A stretch of 63,118 nt of DNA, filler included, from Octopus bimaculoides (lineage: Eukaryota): assembly GCF_001194135.2 (NCBI RefSeq). It is 4 parts of 4 records of this genome, joined end to end, with 100 filler letters (N's around TTAATTAATTAA, not from the genome) between each part and the next. Parts side by side here need not be neighbours in the genome. Positions count along the whole stretch, not along the records: positions 1 to 23,702 come from NC_068983.1; 3 more parts are not named here. One strand, given 5' to 3'. This document shows positions 1 to 13,389 of this stretch, one piece after another. The position numbers were made by a program, and so were the translations under genes. Positions within the stretch are counted from its first letter, which is position 1; the number at the start of each line of letters is the position of its first letter. The notes below the pieces were generated by a model. The model was not told the origin of the DNA and did not search any database. It worked only from the letters and a program-made list of their open reading frames with translations.

Positions 1-32
1 ATATATATATATATATATATATATACAATACG

Positions 33-92
33 TGGCACTCCGTCGGTTACGACGACAAGGGCTCTAGTTGATCCGATCAGCAGAACAGCCTG
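33..92 (-). mobile_element. 3' tail fragment of SINE family C
   Basis: ggcactccgtcggttacgacg...gttgatccgatca matches the reverse complement of the tail of the full copy at 7515-7902. Confidence 0.75.
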
Positions 93-118
93 GGTAATCA
101 CCGTTTAATTGGCCAATT

Positions 119-1800
119 TTATAGGATTGGCTGTTGGTGAAAGGGGGATTTCGATACCGCTGCCCTCTTTTGAGTTTCCTGCCTTGATATTGGTTCATCT
201 GGGATCTTGTACAACAAGAGGTCAAGTTGTTTTTTGAAAACATCTACTTCCACTCCATGGAGATCGCTCAGATATTTTGGCAAGGTCTTAAATAGTTGTG
301 GGCACTTTAATCCCAAACTATTGCAGTACGTGGTCTTCACCTGAGATGAAACAGCTGGGAATTCTGGAACAGTGCAGTGACGTCCAATTCAACTCTCAAT
401 TCCAAAGTTTGGTGCCAGCCCCTTCAGTATCTTCCACACATATATCACTGCATACTTCTCCCGTTTTCGCTCCAGGGAGTACAGTTGTAGCTCTTTCAGT
501 TTCTCCCAGTATTTCAGCTGTTTCATAGACGCAATCTTCCTTGTATAGTATCGCTGAAAAGCCTAAAGTTATGTTGAGAGCAGTAGTCCAAACAGCTGTG
601 GACAAATGACCTCCATAGGACCAGCATAGTTTCCTGGTCCCTTGTTCTGAAGATTCTCAGAATCCATCCGGCTGTTCGCCTGCGCATTGCTACCATCTTG
701 GTGACATGCATGTGAAAGGAGGCGTCGTTGCTCATATCAATCCCAAGATCACGCACCGTATTTCATTCTTGGATTGCTGCTCTTTTTGCTCCAAAGTATT
801 GTAGTAACTTCTGAGCATAAATTGGCTGGTAGCGGAATGCTTGGAACTTGCCTGCATTAAATTGCATGTTGTTGTTCCCAGCCCATTTATATATGACATC
901 TAGGTCTTTCTGTAGAAGATTAGCATCAGAAGGATCCTTGGCTGCTTGTACTATTTTTGTGTCATCGACATAGCTAATAAGTGTGACAGTCTGTGTAACA
1001 AATGGCATGTATGAAAGAGCCACCATAAACAGCAGCGGTCCCAATATACTTCCCTGAGACACTCCACTTACTATTAATGTCTCCGTGGAGAGGGCTCCGT
1101 TGGCTGATACAGCCTGGCTTCTGTCTTTTAAGAAGTAATGCAATCACTCTCCGATTTTCTCAGTTATGCCGAGGATTTTGCAAAGTCGAGATATATAACA
1201 TCCACGTGTGAGTGATTCATTAATTGTTTCAACACTAAGTCATAGTGCTGCAAAAGCTGTGTAAGCTTCTTCCTGAGTGAAAGCCATGCTGCGTGTGAGA
1301 AATGCAGTTAATTTATTCCTGACAATACCCTCCATGACTTTGCTGATATGGGAAGTTAGCGACACAGGCTTATAATTCTTAGCTTCTGCTCTGCTGCCTC
1401 CCTTATTGATAGGGCATATTACGCCTTCCTTTAACTTTTTGGGAAGTCTCCCTGTTATGAGGAAGCTTTGGAAGAGAATCTGAAGTGGACTAACTAGAGC
1501 CCTTTCGCATTTCTTTAGGAGGATTGCTGGGAATCCATTAGGGCCTATGGCTGAGTTTGAGCTCATCTCATAAATGGCTGATATCACATTAGTTTCCTCT
1601 ATGTTGATGCTATCAATAATTGCCATTTTATTGTGTAGATCTGTGGAGCCAAAGAACTCATCAGGACTACTTGCAAGTGCCCCAGTGGAGTGGTGAAAGC
1701 ACACTTCTATTGCATATTCAGTATCTTGCTGATCTTCTGGAGGTCTGCAGTCGGTGAGCAATTTTCTACAAATAGTGGCCCTATTTTGTACCATACTAAA
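119..1800 (-). mobile_element. Decayed CR1-group LINE ORF2 (reverse transcriptase region, 5'-truncated)
   Basis: Broken frames carry AIGPNGFP..LLKKC, KNYKPVSLTSHISKVME, GVSQGSILGPLLF, SYVDDTKI (YxDD), DLGI, and a C-terminal LFKTLP..FKKQLD..IPDEP; many stops and frameshifts. Confidence 0.9.
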
Positions 1801-1984
1801 GCAGATTATTTTGCATTTCTATAGAAGGCTTTAGGGTTTGTTTTAATATGTTTGACAGCCATGGCCTCCTTTTCTGCCCTCTCCTTTTCATTGGACCATA
1901 CATTGTTAGTTCTATTAAGCTATGATCCGAGAAAATCCTCAGTGACACCTTAACATTATAGATGAGCGCCTTGTTGTTTGTGAA

Positions 1985-2048
1985 GCACTGGTCTCAACTA
2001 CGGTGCTGTTATTGAAGTATACATGAGCGCTATAGTTGAGACCAGTGC
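1985..2048. other. 64-nt hairpin with a perfect 16-bp inverted repeat
   Basis: gcactggtctcaacta (1985-2000) is the exact reverse complement of tagttgagaccagtgc (2033-2048). Confidence 0.85.
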
Positions 2049-2367
2049 AGGAGTGTCGAATAATATTATCCACGAACAATTCGACACTGTTGATCAGGCA
2101 GCATCAATCATCCGTCGACCTGTATCCCGATGACCAGCTGAAATAGACACAAAACAACAGGATGAGCCATCAACTAAAGCAACAACATCCAAATCCAAAG
2201 GACCAAGTGGTAACGAATCTGAGACTGAGACAACGCAAGACAATTCAGAAAGTAAAGAAAAAAGTCGAAGGAGTGGGAAAGTATTCGAACGAATTCAATT
2301 GTATGACCAGGCATCATCAAGTAAAGAACCTGAAAAAATAAATAAAGCAAGCAAAGAAAAAGATTAG
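2023..2367 (+). pseudogene. 114-codon S/T/E/K-rich frame broken by a single TGA; possible retroelement ORF1/gag-like remnant
   Basis: MSAIVETSAGVSNNIIHEQF...PVSR*PAEIDTKQQDEPSTK...KEKD*; only one internal stop (2131-2133); no recognisable motif. Confidence 0.3.
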
Positions 2368-2712
2368 AAACCGAAAATATTCAGTTTCTAGGATAAAGAA
2401 GTTGCTAAGAGCCAACCCAAGGAAACCCCCCCCACACACACACACACACACACAATAACTCCCTGTGCCGTTCTTCTGAAACAGAAAAGAGACCACAGTG
2501 TGACCCCTTGACCAGTGTCTATCAAGGTCGTCCTACGTCCATCGAGCAGGATTCTGTATATATTGTAACGGATTAAATAATCTTTNNNNNNNNNNNNNNN
2601 NNNNNNNNNNNNNNNNNNNNNNNNNNNNNNNNNNNNNNNNNNNNNNNNNNNNNNNNNNNNNNNNNNNNNNNNNNNNNNNNNNNNNNNNNNNNNNNNNNNN
2701 NNNNNNNNNNNN

Positions 2713-2750
<38 letters not shown>

Positions 2751-3805
2751 CGGTTTTAGATATATTATTTAGATGTAACTAAGAGAGGGTAAAGATAGAA
2801 TTAGAAAATAAGATGTTAATACTCCATCTCAGAACTTGCCTGTTCAAAAGCATTTGTCAAAATGGATTATATAGTATAATGTAGTTTTATATGCCCGAAA
2901 ATGGCAGGATAGTTGTGGCTGGAACACATTTGATCATAAATCGGCAAGATCGGAGCTGTCTAAGGATTAAAACAAAGCGACAGCAATAACAACAATCGAT
3001 GCCCTTAAATACCAATGCCAAAAGTAAATATATTTGTATATGAGACCTATAGTCAATTGAATCAAGACTGGTGCTGTACTCTTTTTATTTATTCCGAATA
3101 AAAAAAAGTTTAAGATTCCTTTAGTAGGATTTGAACTCAGAATATAGATAAAACTAAATAATGGGAGGCTTGTAGACTGGATTTCAAATACTTTTGACAC
3201 ACGATAACCTTTCCTTTATTTATGAATATAAAAATTCAGTCATTCGTTGCTTCACTCAAATACGAATAAACATTCTAAATTATTTTCTGTATAAGAAATG
3301 ACATTAGTTCGTTTAAAAGTTTGTCTTTCTGCTTTCTGTTCTACTTGGGACTTTAAACAACTATGTTTGTCCACGTCAGCTATTTTCTTTCCTTTTCCTT
3401 TTGTCTTTTGCTTTCGTATATAGTGGCTATATACTTACAATACAGCTGACCTTTCCCCTAATCAATGAAATAAATGCTTAATGACCGTTTCTTTACACTG
3501 TTTTATTTATAACGTAAAAACTTATTTGACTAATTGAATAAATAATATAACATTTACTTCTTCAACTCACTAATCAGACAAGCAAAACACAAAATAACAT
3601 AGTTTATTAAGTGGATTAGTTCGAATATTCTAGTCCTGTCACTTCTTAGTGGGATGAAGGTTACATTTTTTTCCTTATTTTTCTTTCTTTGTTTTTTTTT
3701 GTTTCTTTTTCTGCATTTCGTTTCAAGCCTTCGTTTTTCAGAAAAATTAGTAACACGATAATGAAGGAAAACTAGTGATCAAAGAAACAAATATATGATT
3801 CTGGA

Positions 3806-4036
3806 GGGCGGTAAGCTGGCAGAATCGTTATCACGCCGGGCGAAATGCTTAGCGGTATTTCGTTTGCCACTACGTTCTGAGTTCAAATCCCACCGAGGTC
3901 GACTTAGCCTTTCATCCTTTCTGGATCGATTAAATAGTAACAAGTTATCCGCTGGGGTCGATGTAATCGACTTTATCACTTTGTCTGTCCTTGTTTGTCC
4001 CCTCTATGTTTAGCCCCTTGTGGCCAATAAAGAAAT
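3806..4036 (+). mobile_element. SINE family B, full length
   Basis: ggcggt..gctggcagaatcg head, gagttcaaat B-box, cctttcatcc..gtcgat core, aataaagaaat tail. Confidence 0.85.
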
Positions 4037-4052
4037 AAACATATGAATCTGG

Positions 4053-4274
4053 GGGCGGTGAACTGGCAGAATCGTTATCACGCCGGGCGAAATGCTTAGC
4101 AGTATTTCGTCTGCCGTTATGTTCTGAGTTCAAATTCTGCCGAGGTCGACTTTGCCTTTCATCCTTTAGGGTTCGATTAAATAAGTACCAGTTACGCACT
4201 GGGGTCGATATAATCGACTTAATCACTTTGTTTGCCCCCTCCATGTTTAGCCACTTGCGGGCAATAAAGAAATA
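4053..4274 (+). mobile_element. SINE family B, tandem second copy
   Basis: Same consensus, head-to-tail with the 3806 copy. Confidence 0.85.
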
Positions 4275-4732
4275 GATATATGATTCTAGTTGGAAACCAT
4301 TTAGATACAATATTCTCATATAAACAGAATGCATCAGAAGTAGAATAAGAGCGAAAAGGAGATAGAGTAGTCTTTATGTTTATTTTTCTAAGAAGCCTTA
4401 TATACACAAGTAAAGTAAAAGGTTAAAACAGAAGATCGAAATTCTGTATATATTGGGAAAATAATATCTCGAAGTGTTGCGATGAAGTATATTAATTGAT
4501 CAGAAATATTCGTCAGCATCCGATTAACATCATTGACTAAAAGAAACAGGAAAGTGCAATTTATAGGTTTCATGCCTTTCCTTGGCAGAGTGAGTTGAGC
4601 TAAAGGGAAAATCCGGTTTATGCATTCTTTCACCGGCTGCCTTTCACCGACGCGACAGTTCTTATGTTTCGTATATATGTTCATATGTTGTTATATACTA
4701 AACGTGTATTCTCGCATACAAAAAGGTATGAA

Positions 4733-4771
<39 letters not shown>

Positions 4772-5230
4772 TTGTATTCCGACCTATACTTGTAATCCAC
4801 TGTAAATGATGTTAAATTATGGTTTGACTTTACTGATGTCACCTGCGGGATGGTGAAATATGGATTTTACTTTGCCACACATTGGATGTTCTGTTGTTAT
4901 GTTGTCCAGTGTACTTCGGTATTCCTGTTTATGAAATTGGACTTTACCTGCTAAATTTGAACTGCTTTTATTGGCTATTGGCCTCAGCGAATGAACTGTT
5001 TTGCTACGTTTTCCTATGTATTATATTTTTCTCTATATTATTTTTTCTATAAATATATATTTTTATTCTACTATATCTGTACCGGTCTCTAATATTTTTA
5101 ATCAACTTTTTAATCGCAGTTTATTTATTTATATTATCCTATTGCATTTTTAATCGATTTTATTCTTATGTATAAAAATTTTGACTTCCCTTTGCTAACT
5201 TGGTTTTGTGGTTTTGTACTTCTTATATGT

Positions 5231-5395
5231 GGTCATTGGTGGGCTACGGCTCTTTGAGTCGATGACCTAACGGTTTTATTCTGCAATTAACCTTGTACCT
5301 CTGTCTCAACTAGTTTGGGCACTTCTTTTACAGCCTTGTATAAATTCTTGGTTTTCTAATACAAAACTGTTAATATTGAATAATTATATATATAT
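5231..5395 (+). mobile_element. Possible LINE 3' UTR with stem-loop
   Basis: ggtcat...atgacc stem (5231-5267) with inner gggc-tacg-gctc, followed by an A/T-rich tail and (TA)n. Confidence 0.3.
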
Positions 5396-6395
5396 ATATA
5401 TAATTTGTGTCAAGATAGCTTCTTGCCCCTTTGCGTTTCACTTATAGGCACACAAGGTCTGAAAGGCAAGTTGTAGGACATGATTAGCCTGAAGATCTTG
5501 GGTGCTTACAGATAAAACTTGGGGTAACAAGAGGCTGGCTTGACCAAAATAAAAGATCATTAATCTCCATCATGGTAATGTGTACTTTTTTTTCCGATAG
5601 TGGAGCCTTTTTGTTTAGCTGCCACTTTTCAATGTTTTTAAATTTTCGTTCCAATTGATTTCATATTGGGTCCTTTGGTGTAGTTTTGTATGGTAATCAT
5701 TGATGTGAAATTCATTTTCGTTATAAATCAATAAATAAGAGTTAATAGCTTTTCAAGTTTGCAAATGTTGGGTTATTCAAGGTAATTGAAAGACACAGAC
5801 ATATTAGTGCATGTTTCCATAGTAACAAGCCAAGCTGTTGCTAAGCTGTATACCTCTCTTCGCGGTCCTGTTAAGCTACGTTGTCATTTTTCGCTTATCA
5901 AATGCTTAAAACACGAGACATGAGTTGATCGTGAGATATGCTAAAAATAATAGCTAAATGGGCCTTATAGCACACACCATTTTTTTTTTCCGTTTTAGTT
6001 TTTGCATAATCGTATGGATTCTTGTGTGAAGAGTACAACTTCACAAACAAATTCAAAAAATTCCCCGTCGTGCGTAAAGCAGAATTCCGCCAATATTTCA
6101 TTTGTTTACAGTTGACAACACGTGCTGTCACGCACAAAATGACAGCTTCCAAATCTTGTTTTCTGACTGAATAAAAATTATGAAGCTTTAGACCTTTGCA
6201 ACCTTATGGTTTAATTTTTCTGGAAAAAGTGAAATATTCCCTGAGATTCGGCTTGGAAAATTGCATCAATACACCAAATTTGAAAACTTTCATTTAATCA
6301 TGAAAATTTCCACAGGCGCAGCCGAACAGAAAAGATCCCCGATTGTTAACACAAAACGTGTGTGTGTGTGTGTGCTCGCGCGCCTCAGTTTGGTT

Positions 6396-6518
6396 ATAGG
6401 TAAATTCTACCGCGGTAAATTCCACTACAGAAAATTCCACGGTATATTCCACCATGATAAATTCCACCCGCTAATAATCACCGTGGTCAGTTTTTCTAGA
6501 CCGTGGGTCAATACCTAT
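6396..6518. repeat. Five ~15-bp AAATTCCAC units bounded by a 7-bp inverted repeat (foldback/MULE-like MITE end?)
   Basis: ggtaaattctaccgc, ggtaaattccactac, agaaaattccac, ggtatattccaccat, gataaattccacccg; ataggta (6396) and tacctat (6512). Confidence 0.55.
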
Positions 6519-6555
6519 GTTATTTAATTTGTTATTTAATGTTCTCTCAAGTCTT

Positions 6556-6611
<56 letters not shown>

Positions 6612-7514
6612 TGAAGGTCAGATAAAAAATAATCTTTATAATCTACTTGAATTGAGATAGGATCGCTCCAATGTGCTCCCATTGAGCAAGAATCTATGAA
6701 AAAGACTCATCACACAATTTTTAAAATAATATAATTTGGGATGAAGAAAGAAAAGATTAAATTTTAGCACACATTTTATTATAACAATAAGATAAAAAAA
6801 ATAACAGCGAGTACATTGTGAAGTAGAGTAAGGATAAGAAAGTATAATTTATTTTTTAAAATTTTCTTGAGACAAATTGTGTGCAATACTTCTTAAAAAT
6901 TGCAGAGCATTTTCATTTTGATATTCCTGAACTAGCTTCTTCAGTCGCGCATTAAAAATTTGATAGGTCTTTCTTTTTTTTTTTCTTTTTTTTCTTTGTT
7001 GTTGACTCTCCACGTAGAACGTGTGCAATGTTTGTCTGGCTTAATCCTTCCTCAGGTGTCGATAGAATAAGTATTAGAAAAATAAGTCTCGCAGTCTATT
7101 TCTTCGACTATAACGCGTCAACGTGATCCCCAACATAGCCTCAGTCAAATTACTGAAACAAGTGGAAGATAAAGGATTATTATAATTGTTATACACACCG
7201 ATAGTATAATTTAGGACGTTTCAATAATATATATTTATTTAATTCTAGCCTGGTTAGCTTTCGCACAAATCAGTAACTACTTTGTTTTATAATTTCTGCA
7301 TAAGAGCGAAAATTTTCTGGTTAGTTCAGGAAATCCGATGAATTTGTCACTGGGGAAACCAAATTAGACTGAATCAAAATATCTAGCGTTCTACAGACAC
7401 TTTGAGTGAAGCTCTGTGCTTTTAACACAGAAATTGCTTTGAGATATTTCTGTACGACAATATATTACAGCTGGTGCTGTACCATGTTCGTATACACATT
7501 ACTATAATTGTTAT

Positions 7515-7902
7515 GGAGGCGCGATGGCCCAGTGGTTAGGGCAACGGACTCGCGGTCATAGGATCGCGGTTTCGATTCCCAGACCGGGCGTTGTGAGTGT
7601 TTATTGAGCGAAAACACCTAAAGCTCCACGAGGCTCCGGCAGGGGATGGTGGCGAATCCTGCTGTACTCTTTCACCACAACTTTCTCTCACTCTTTCTTC
7701 CTGTTTCTGTTGTGCCTGTGGTTCAAAGGGTCAGCCTTGTCACACTGTGTCACGCTGAGTATCCCCGAGAACTACGTTAAGGGTACACGTGTCTGTGGAG
7801 TGCTCAGCCACTTGCACGTTAATTTCACGAGCAGGTTGTTCCGTTGATCGGATCAACTGGAACCCTCGACGTCGTAAGCAACGGAGTGCCAACAACAACA
7901 AC
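7515..7902 (+). mobile_element. SINE family C, full length, tRNA-derived, with 11-bp TSD
   Basis: A-box tggcccagtggttagg, B-box ggtttcgattccc, (caa)n tail; TSD ataattgttat at 7504-7514 and 7903-7913. Confidence 0.92.
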
Positions 7903-8596
7903 ATAATTGTTATACATACCAGTGTGTATATAGATATGCATGTATTTCACGAGGATTAGGTTTACCCACACATTTCTGCACGCAAAATTTTCCAATTCCT
8001 CATATTCTGGCTCTTTTTTATTATTGAAAAGTTGTTATAATATAGATTGGCCCCTTTATCACTTATTTAGGCTTACATTACAAATAGGTATTCTAAGAAT
8101 AAGTGTAACCTATCCGGCCCGCGATATCTTCATTATGCTCCGATTCGACCTGCAAAGTCAAACTAGTTTGGTTAGTCTGATTGCTGTGCGGAGTGAAAAC
8201 TTTAAGTAATGTAATTTTCGGTTGCAGTGAAAAGAACAGTATAGTTTTAAAATAATAATACTAAAAGAACTGATATTTATATAGTTGATTACTTCGAATA
8301 TGGAGGTAATACTTATTTTTAAAAATCATAGTGTTGTTCTGAATAAGTGATAACTTCATTGTAGAGTTCCATCATAATAGTCATGCTTAATGCCTGTGTT
8401 TACCTTCGTGCTACGATATACCATGTTAGCAGAGTCTGGACGTCGAAATTTAGCGGACTTTTGTCGTAGTTGCTGAAGTAAAATAATACTACATCACACA
8501 CACACACGCACATACACACACACACACGCACGCGCGCACACACACACACACACACACATACACACACGCACACACACANNNNNNNNNNNNNNNNNN

Positions 8597-8651
<55 letters not shown>

Positions 8652-8669
8652 TTAAACATACGAGTTTTA

Positions 8670-8835
8670 AATTTTGGCACAAGGCCAACAAGTTCGGGGA
8701 AGGAGGCAAGTCGATTACCTCAATCCAAGTGATCAACTGGTACTTATTTTATCGACCCCGAAAGGATGAAAAGCAAAGTCGACTGCGGTGGAATTTGAAT
8801 TCAGGACGTGATAAAGATTCTGTCAGTTCACCGCC
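8670..8835 (-). mobile_element. SINE family B, tail subtype B2
   Basis: B core plus alternative tail ..ttggccttgtgccaaaatt. Confidence 0.75.
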
Positions 8836-10116
8836 TTACATTATACACACATGTTGCAAATGTATGGTACATAGAAAATCAAATATTTTGGTTGACAAAC
8901 TACTGTAATTTATAAGTCGTTCCTCTTAACAAGCTTTCTCCTTTTTTCTTTAAAATATATTTATTTTCAACAAAAATAAAAAAAAAACACAAACAAACAT
9001 AAAGATATGCCCCAATGTTTATTATAAAGAATAGTTGCAATGAAACCGAAAAACCATAAGCTTTCTTTTATCTTAACATCAGCGGTCAGTTTGCCTTGGA
9101 CTACAGCTGGCCTTAGGTTACTGATGTAGAAACTTGACAGGATAAAAATAAATAAATAGATAACTAAATGAAAAGAAAATACAGTTGTCTAGTTTATTGA
9201 CAGCTGTTTAAAGCCAAAGAGCTTGACTCTTTATCACACACAAATATCTTCAGCCCGATAATCTGAATTGATTGCTTTCATTGTTGATTCCATTTCCGAC
9301 TGGAACAGAGGGAGGATGTGGGTCAGCATTGGTGAAGAAAATGTTTACATCATACATACATACATACATACACACATATATATATGAGTATGTGCATAAA
9401 TGTGTACTAGAATGTACGTTTACATGTATGTATGTATATCGCTTATCATTATATCACACATGAGCGATAACCGGTCTTACATACAAATCAACATGCATAC
9501 AAAAATGAATTAAAATACGATGATAAATGAATCTAATTACATGGGTACCTCAAATGATTGTGCTAATGAGATTGTTTGATTATCTGACTATTTGCCTTGA
9601 AGTTAGGGGTTTGCATGTCACGGCACTTATGTGTGTGTGTGCGTGCGTGCGTGTGTATGTATGTATGCATATGCTAGTCTACTTGTGCGCACTCATACGT
9701 GTGTATGTGTGTGTTTATATTTTTGAATACTTTATATAAGTATTCTAGCAATATCTCCACGCAGTAATAGAAGACAAACAAGCTTCTGCTGTTCCTAGTT
9801 CTAATCAAAACTGATCTTCTAGACTGGATATGTACTTCAGCACATACGTAATTTAATGCCTTTGATGGATGAGTGTTACCCTAAGTTAGTTCAACGTCGG
9901 TAAATAACAGCCACAACTGCAACGATGACACAAAACTATGGGTGAACCGGCATGGTTATGTAGTTTAGAATTTCGCTTTGCGAACTCATCTGTTTGGTTT
10001 CAATCCCACTGCGCAACACTTTGAGTAAATGCTTTCTATTAAAGTCGTGATTTGAGCAACAACTTATCAGTGTCATTAGGTATAAAGAAATTGCATGGAA
10101 GCCTGTCGTCGTATAT

Positions 10117-10316
10117 GTAGGAAGCGGTGCTGAAAAGTTCCTGGCTTTAAGGGTGTCACGAAAGGCCTGGTTAGAGGTCCAAACTTCCTAACTTTTACAG
10201 AACTTAGAAAAACTGAAGGACTGCTGTAATAAGTGTATGAACCTGGGAGGGGAATATGTTGAATAAAATCATAATTAACTTATCCTCTTCTAATTTCTTT
10301 TACCCAAAGCCCCGTA
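10117..10316 (+). mobile_element. Internally deleted mariner-derived MITE
   Basis: Left TIR gcggtgctgaaaagttcctggctt; transposase C-terminus EKLKDCCNKCMNLGGEY/VE* (RWxKCV..GxYVE-like); right TIR partly deleted. Confidence 0.65.
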
Positions 10317-11394
10317 TATAACTACCTGTGTTCGCGCGCGCGCGTGTGTGTGTCCGTGCGAGCGTATATGTGTGTGTGTGGTGTGGGCAATTTCAGTGTT
10401 AATTTTTTGTACCACAACGCAAGGAATTTGCAGGTCACGGATACGAACTTTTGGCTTTTCAGCTGTCTATTTGGTTACGTAACCACTTGGTCAAACCTAT
10501 TCACCTCGAAAAATTACTTTCGAAAGAAATTTAGGCAATTTGATAGTTGAACAAAAAATAAAATGTGTTTCGTAAGTTTGCAGTGTTGAATTCAACTCTC
10601 TCAAAAAAACGATAAGAATAGGTGCCACCAATTAGTGCTTAAGTTAGTTTAGTTACCATTCAGATACTGAACTTTTTATCATTTGCGTTTAGACAATGAA
10701 AACAACAACTGACTTATGCCGGAAGTCTCAGAAGTCTCAGTTGTCAAAAAGATATAATTATGAGACTAAAGCGCTGCAAGCTGCGCTACCGAGACCACAT
10801 CTTTTCCGATTATCATTGTCGTGTTCCTCCAGGAAACATATTATCGTCATTTACTTGTTTCCCTCTATGTTCTGGATTGGAATCCCACAGAAATGGACAT
10901 TGCATTTCATTCTTCTGAATTCGATGAAATAAAAAGTAGCTTAGTACTAGGGTTCTTGTAATTGTTTATCTTCTTGAAATATGTAACTTTGTACCATTCG
11001 TTTTCGGGAAAGCATTATTGTCGAATAACAAACGGGTAGTGGTTAGTGTAAAACTATTTTAGTGAACAATATAGCAAGTATGCTGTTCTTCAATCAAATA
11101 GACTAAACATATTGCACACGTTCGAGAACCTGAAATCTCATGATGCATTAAAGCATAGTTCAAACTAATGAACTTTTGTGGAAACTTCTACGTAATCTCT
11201 CCAATAAACATTATACCGATTCTTTATCAATAAACATTATACCGATTTTGAAATAACCAATACGTTTTAACTCCGTACATCTTAGGTTAAAATACTTAAG
11301 ATGACGGAATTCAAATTTTTAAAAGAAGAATGTGCAACATCTCCTGCGCAAGGATAACACGCAAATTCCTGACGCGTTCCATATTTTCTATATA

Positions 11395-11801
11395 GGCACA
11401 GGAGTGGCTGTGTGGTAAGAAGCTTGCTTCCCAAACAGATTTTTCCGGGTTCAGTCCCACTGCGTGGCACCTTGGGCAAGTGTCTTCTACTATAGCCTCG
11501 GGCCGATCAAGGCATTGTGAATGGATTTGGTGGACGGAAATTCAAAGAAGCCTGTGTTGTAATATGCGTGTATGTCTGTGTATGTGCATGCGTGTGTGAG
11601 CGTGTATTTGTGTCTGAGTTTGTCCCCCACCACCACCACCGTTGGTGTGTTTACGTCCCCTTAATTTAGTGGTTCGGCAACAGACACCGATAGAATAATT
11701 ACTAGGCTTACAAAAAAATAATTCCTGGGGTCGATTTGTTCGACTAACGGTGGTGCTCCAGAATGGCCGCAGTCAAATGACTGAAACAAGTAAAAGAATA
11801 A
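11395..11801 (+). mobile_element. SINE family A, full length
   Basis: ggc.caggagtggctgtgtggtaag head, gggttcagtccc B-box, ggcaccttgggcaagtgtc core, internal microsatellite, gactgaaacaagtaaaaga tail. Confidence 0.88.
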
Positions 11802-11814
11802 CATCTTTATACTA

Positions 11815-11917
11815 GGCAAAGTCAACCCCGGCGGGATTTAATATTAGAACGTAAAGTTAACGAAGTATCGTTATGCATTTTGTCTGATGCGGTAAAGATT
11901 CTGCCAGCTCACCACCT
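11815..11917 (-). mobile_element. SINE family B 5' half, degraded
   Basis: aaagtcaaccccggcgggattt...ctgccagctcaccacc. Confidence 0.65.
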
Positions 11918-11918
11918 C

Positions 11919-11950
<32 letters not shown>

Positions 11951-11952
<2 letters not shown>

Positions 11953-12205
11953 GTTTCAAATTTTGCCACAAAGGCATCCATTTTTGGGGGAGGGGATGAG
12001 TCGACTACATCGATCCCCAGTGTTCAACTGGTACTTATTTTATTACATCGACCCCTCCAGTGTTTAACTGGTACATATTTTCTCGACCCCAAAAAGATGA
12101 AAGGTAAAGTCCACCTCGGCGCAATTTGAACTAAGAACGTAGAGACGGGCGAAATACCGCTAAACATTTCGTTCAGCATGATAGCAGTTCTGGCTGCTCG
12201 CCGCC
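11951..12205 (-). mobile_element. SINE family B2 embedded in (AAT)n
   Basis: Full head (ggcggcgagc) to tail (caaaatttgaaacc); ~42-bp internal duplication; AAT arrays on both sides. Confidence 0.85.
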
Positions 12206-12867
<662 letters not shown>

Positions 12868-12889
12868 CCTTTCTACTGGAAGCACTATA

Positions 12890-13012
12890 CCACAAATTTG
12901 GGGGAAGGGATCAAGTCGATCACATCGACCCCAGTGCAGAACTGGTACTTATTTAATCGACCCCAAAACGTTGAATAGCAAAGTCGATCTCGGTGGAATT
13001 TGAACTCAGAAT
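12890..13012 (-). mobile_element. SINE family B fragment
   Basis: cgaccccagtgcagaactggtactt...ggaatttgaactcagaa. Confidence 0.7.
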
Positions 13013-13197
13013 GTAATATAACAACAACAACAACAACAAAAATGATAATAATCATAAATATATTGTGCCTTTTCATCCTTCGAGGCCCGATAGAAAAGAT
13101 TCTAGTCTCATAGCAGCTGGAGGCAAGTTCTGTTTGCCACACTGCTAGGACAGAAATGTATAGTCTTGAATGTAAAATAAAGGTCACTCTGATTAAG

Positions 13198-13245
<48 letters not shown>

Positions 13246-13389
13246 GAATTTTCCCTTTCTAATGTGTTACCCTCTAAGGAATTAAAGCTGCTAATTCTCC
13301 TGTTGAACATTCTTTAAATCCAGTTAGGCTGCGTGGGAGAAAGACCGAAATTTTTTGTCATATTCTCTCAGACTATGAAAGAAAAATTT

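Noticed and set aside
7515-7590. tRNA-like sequences at SINE heads
   Set aside because: They have A/B boxes but no complete cloverleaf and continue into multi-copy SINE bodies with TSDs, so they are not tRNA genes.
11202-11248. 20-bp direct repeat caataaacatta(t)taccgatt
   Set aside because: An adjacent slippage duplication with no functional context.
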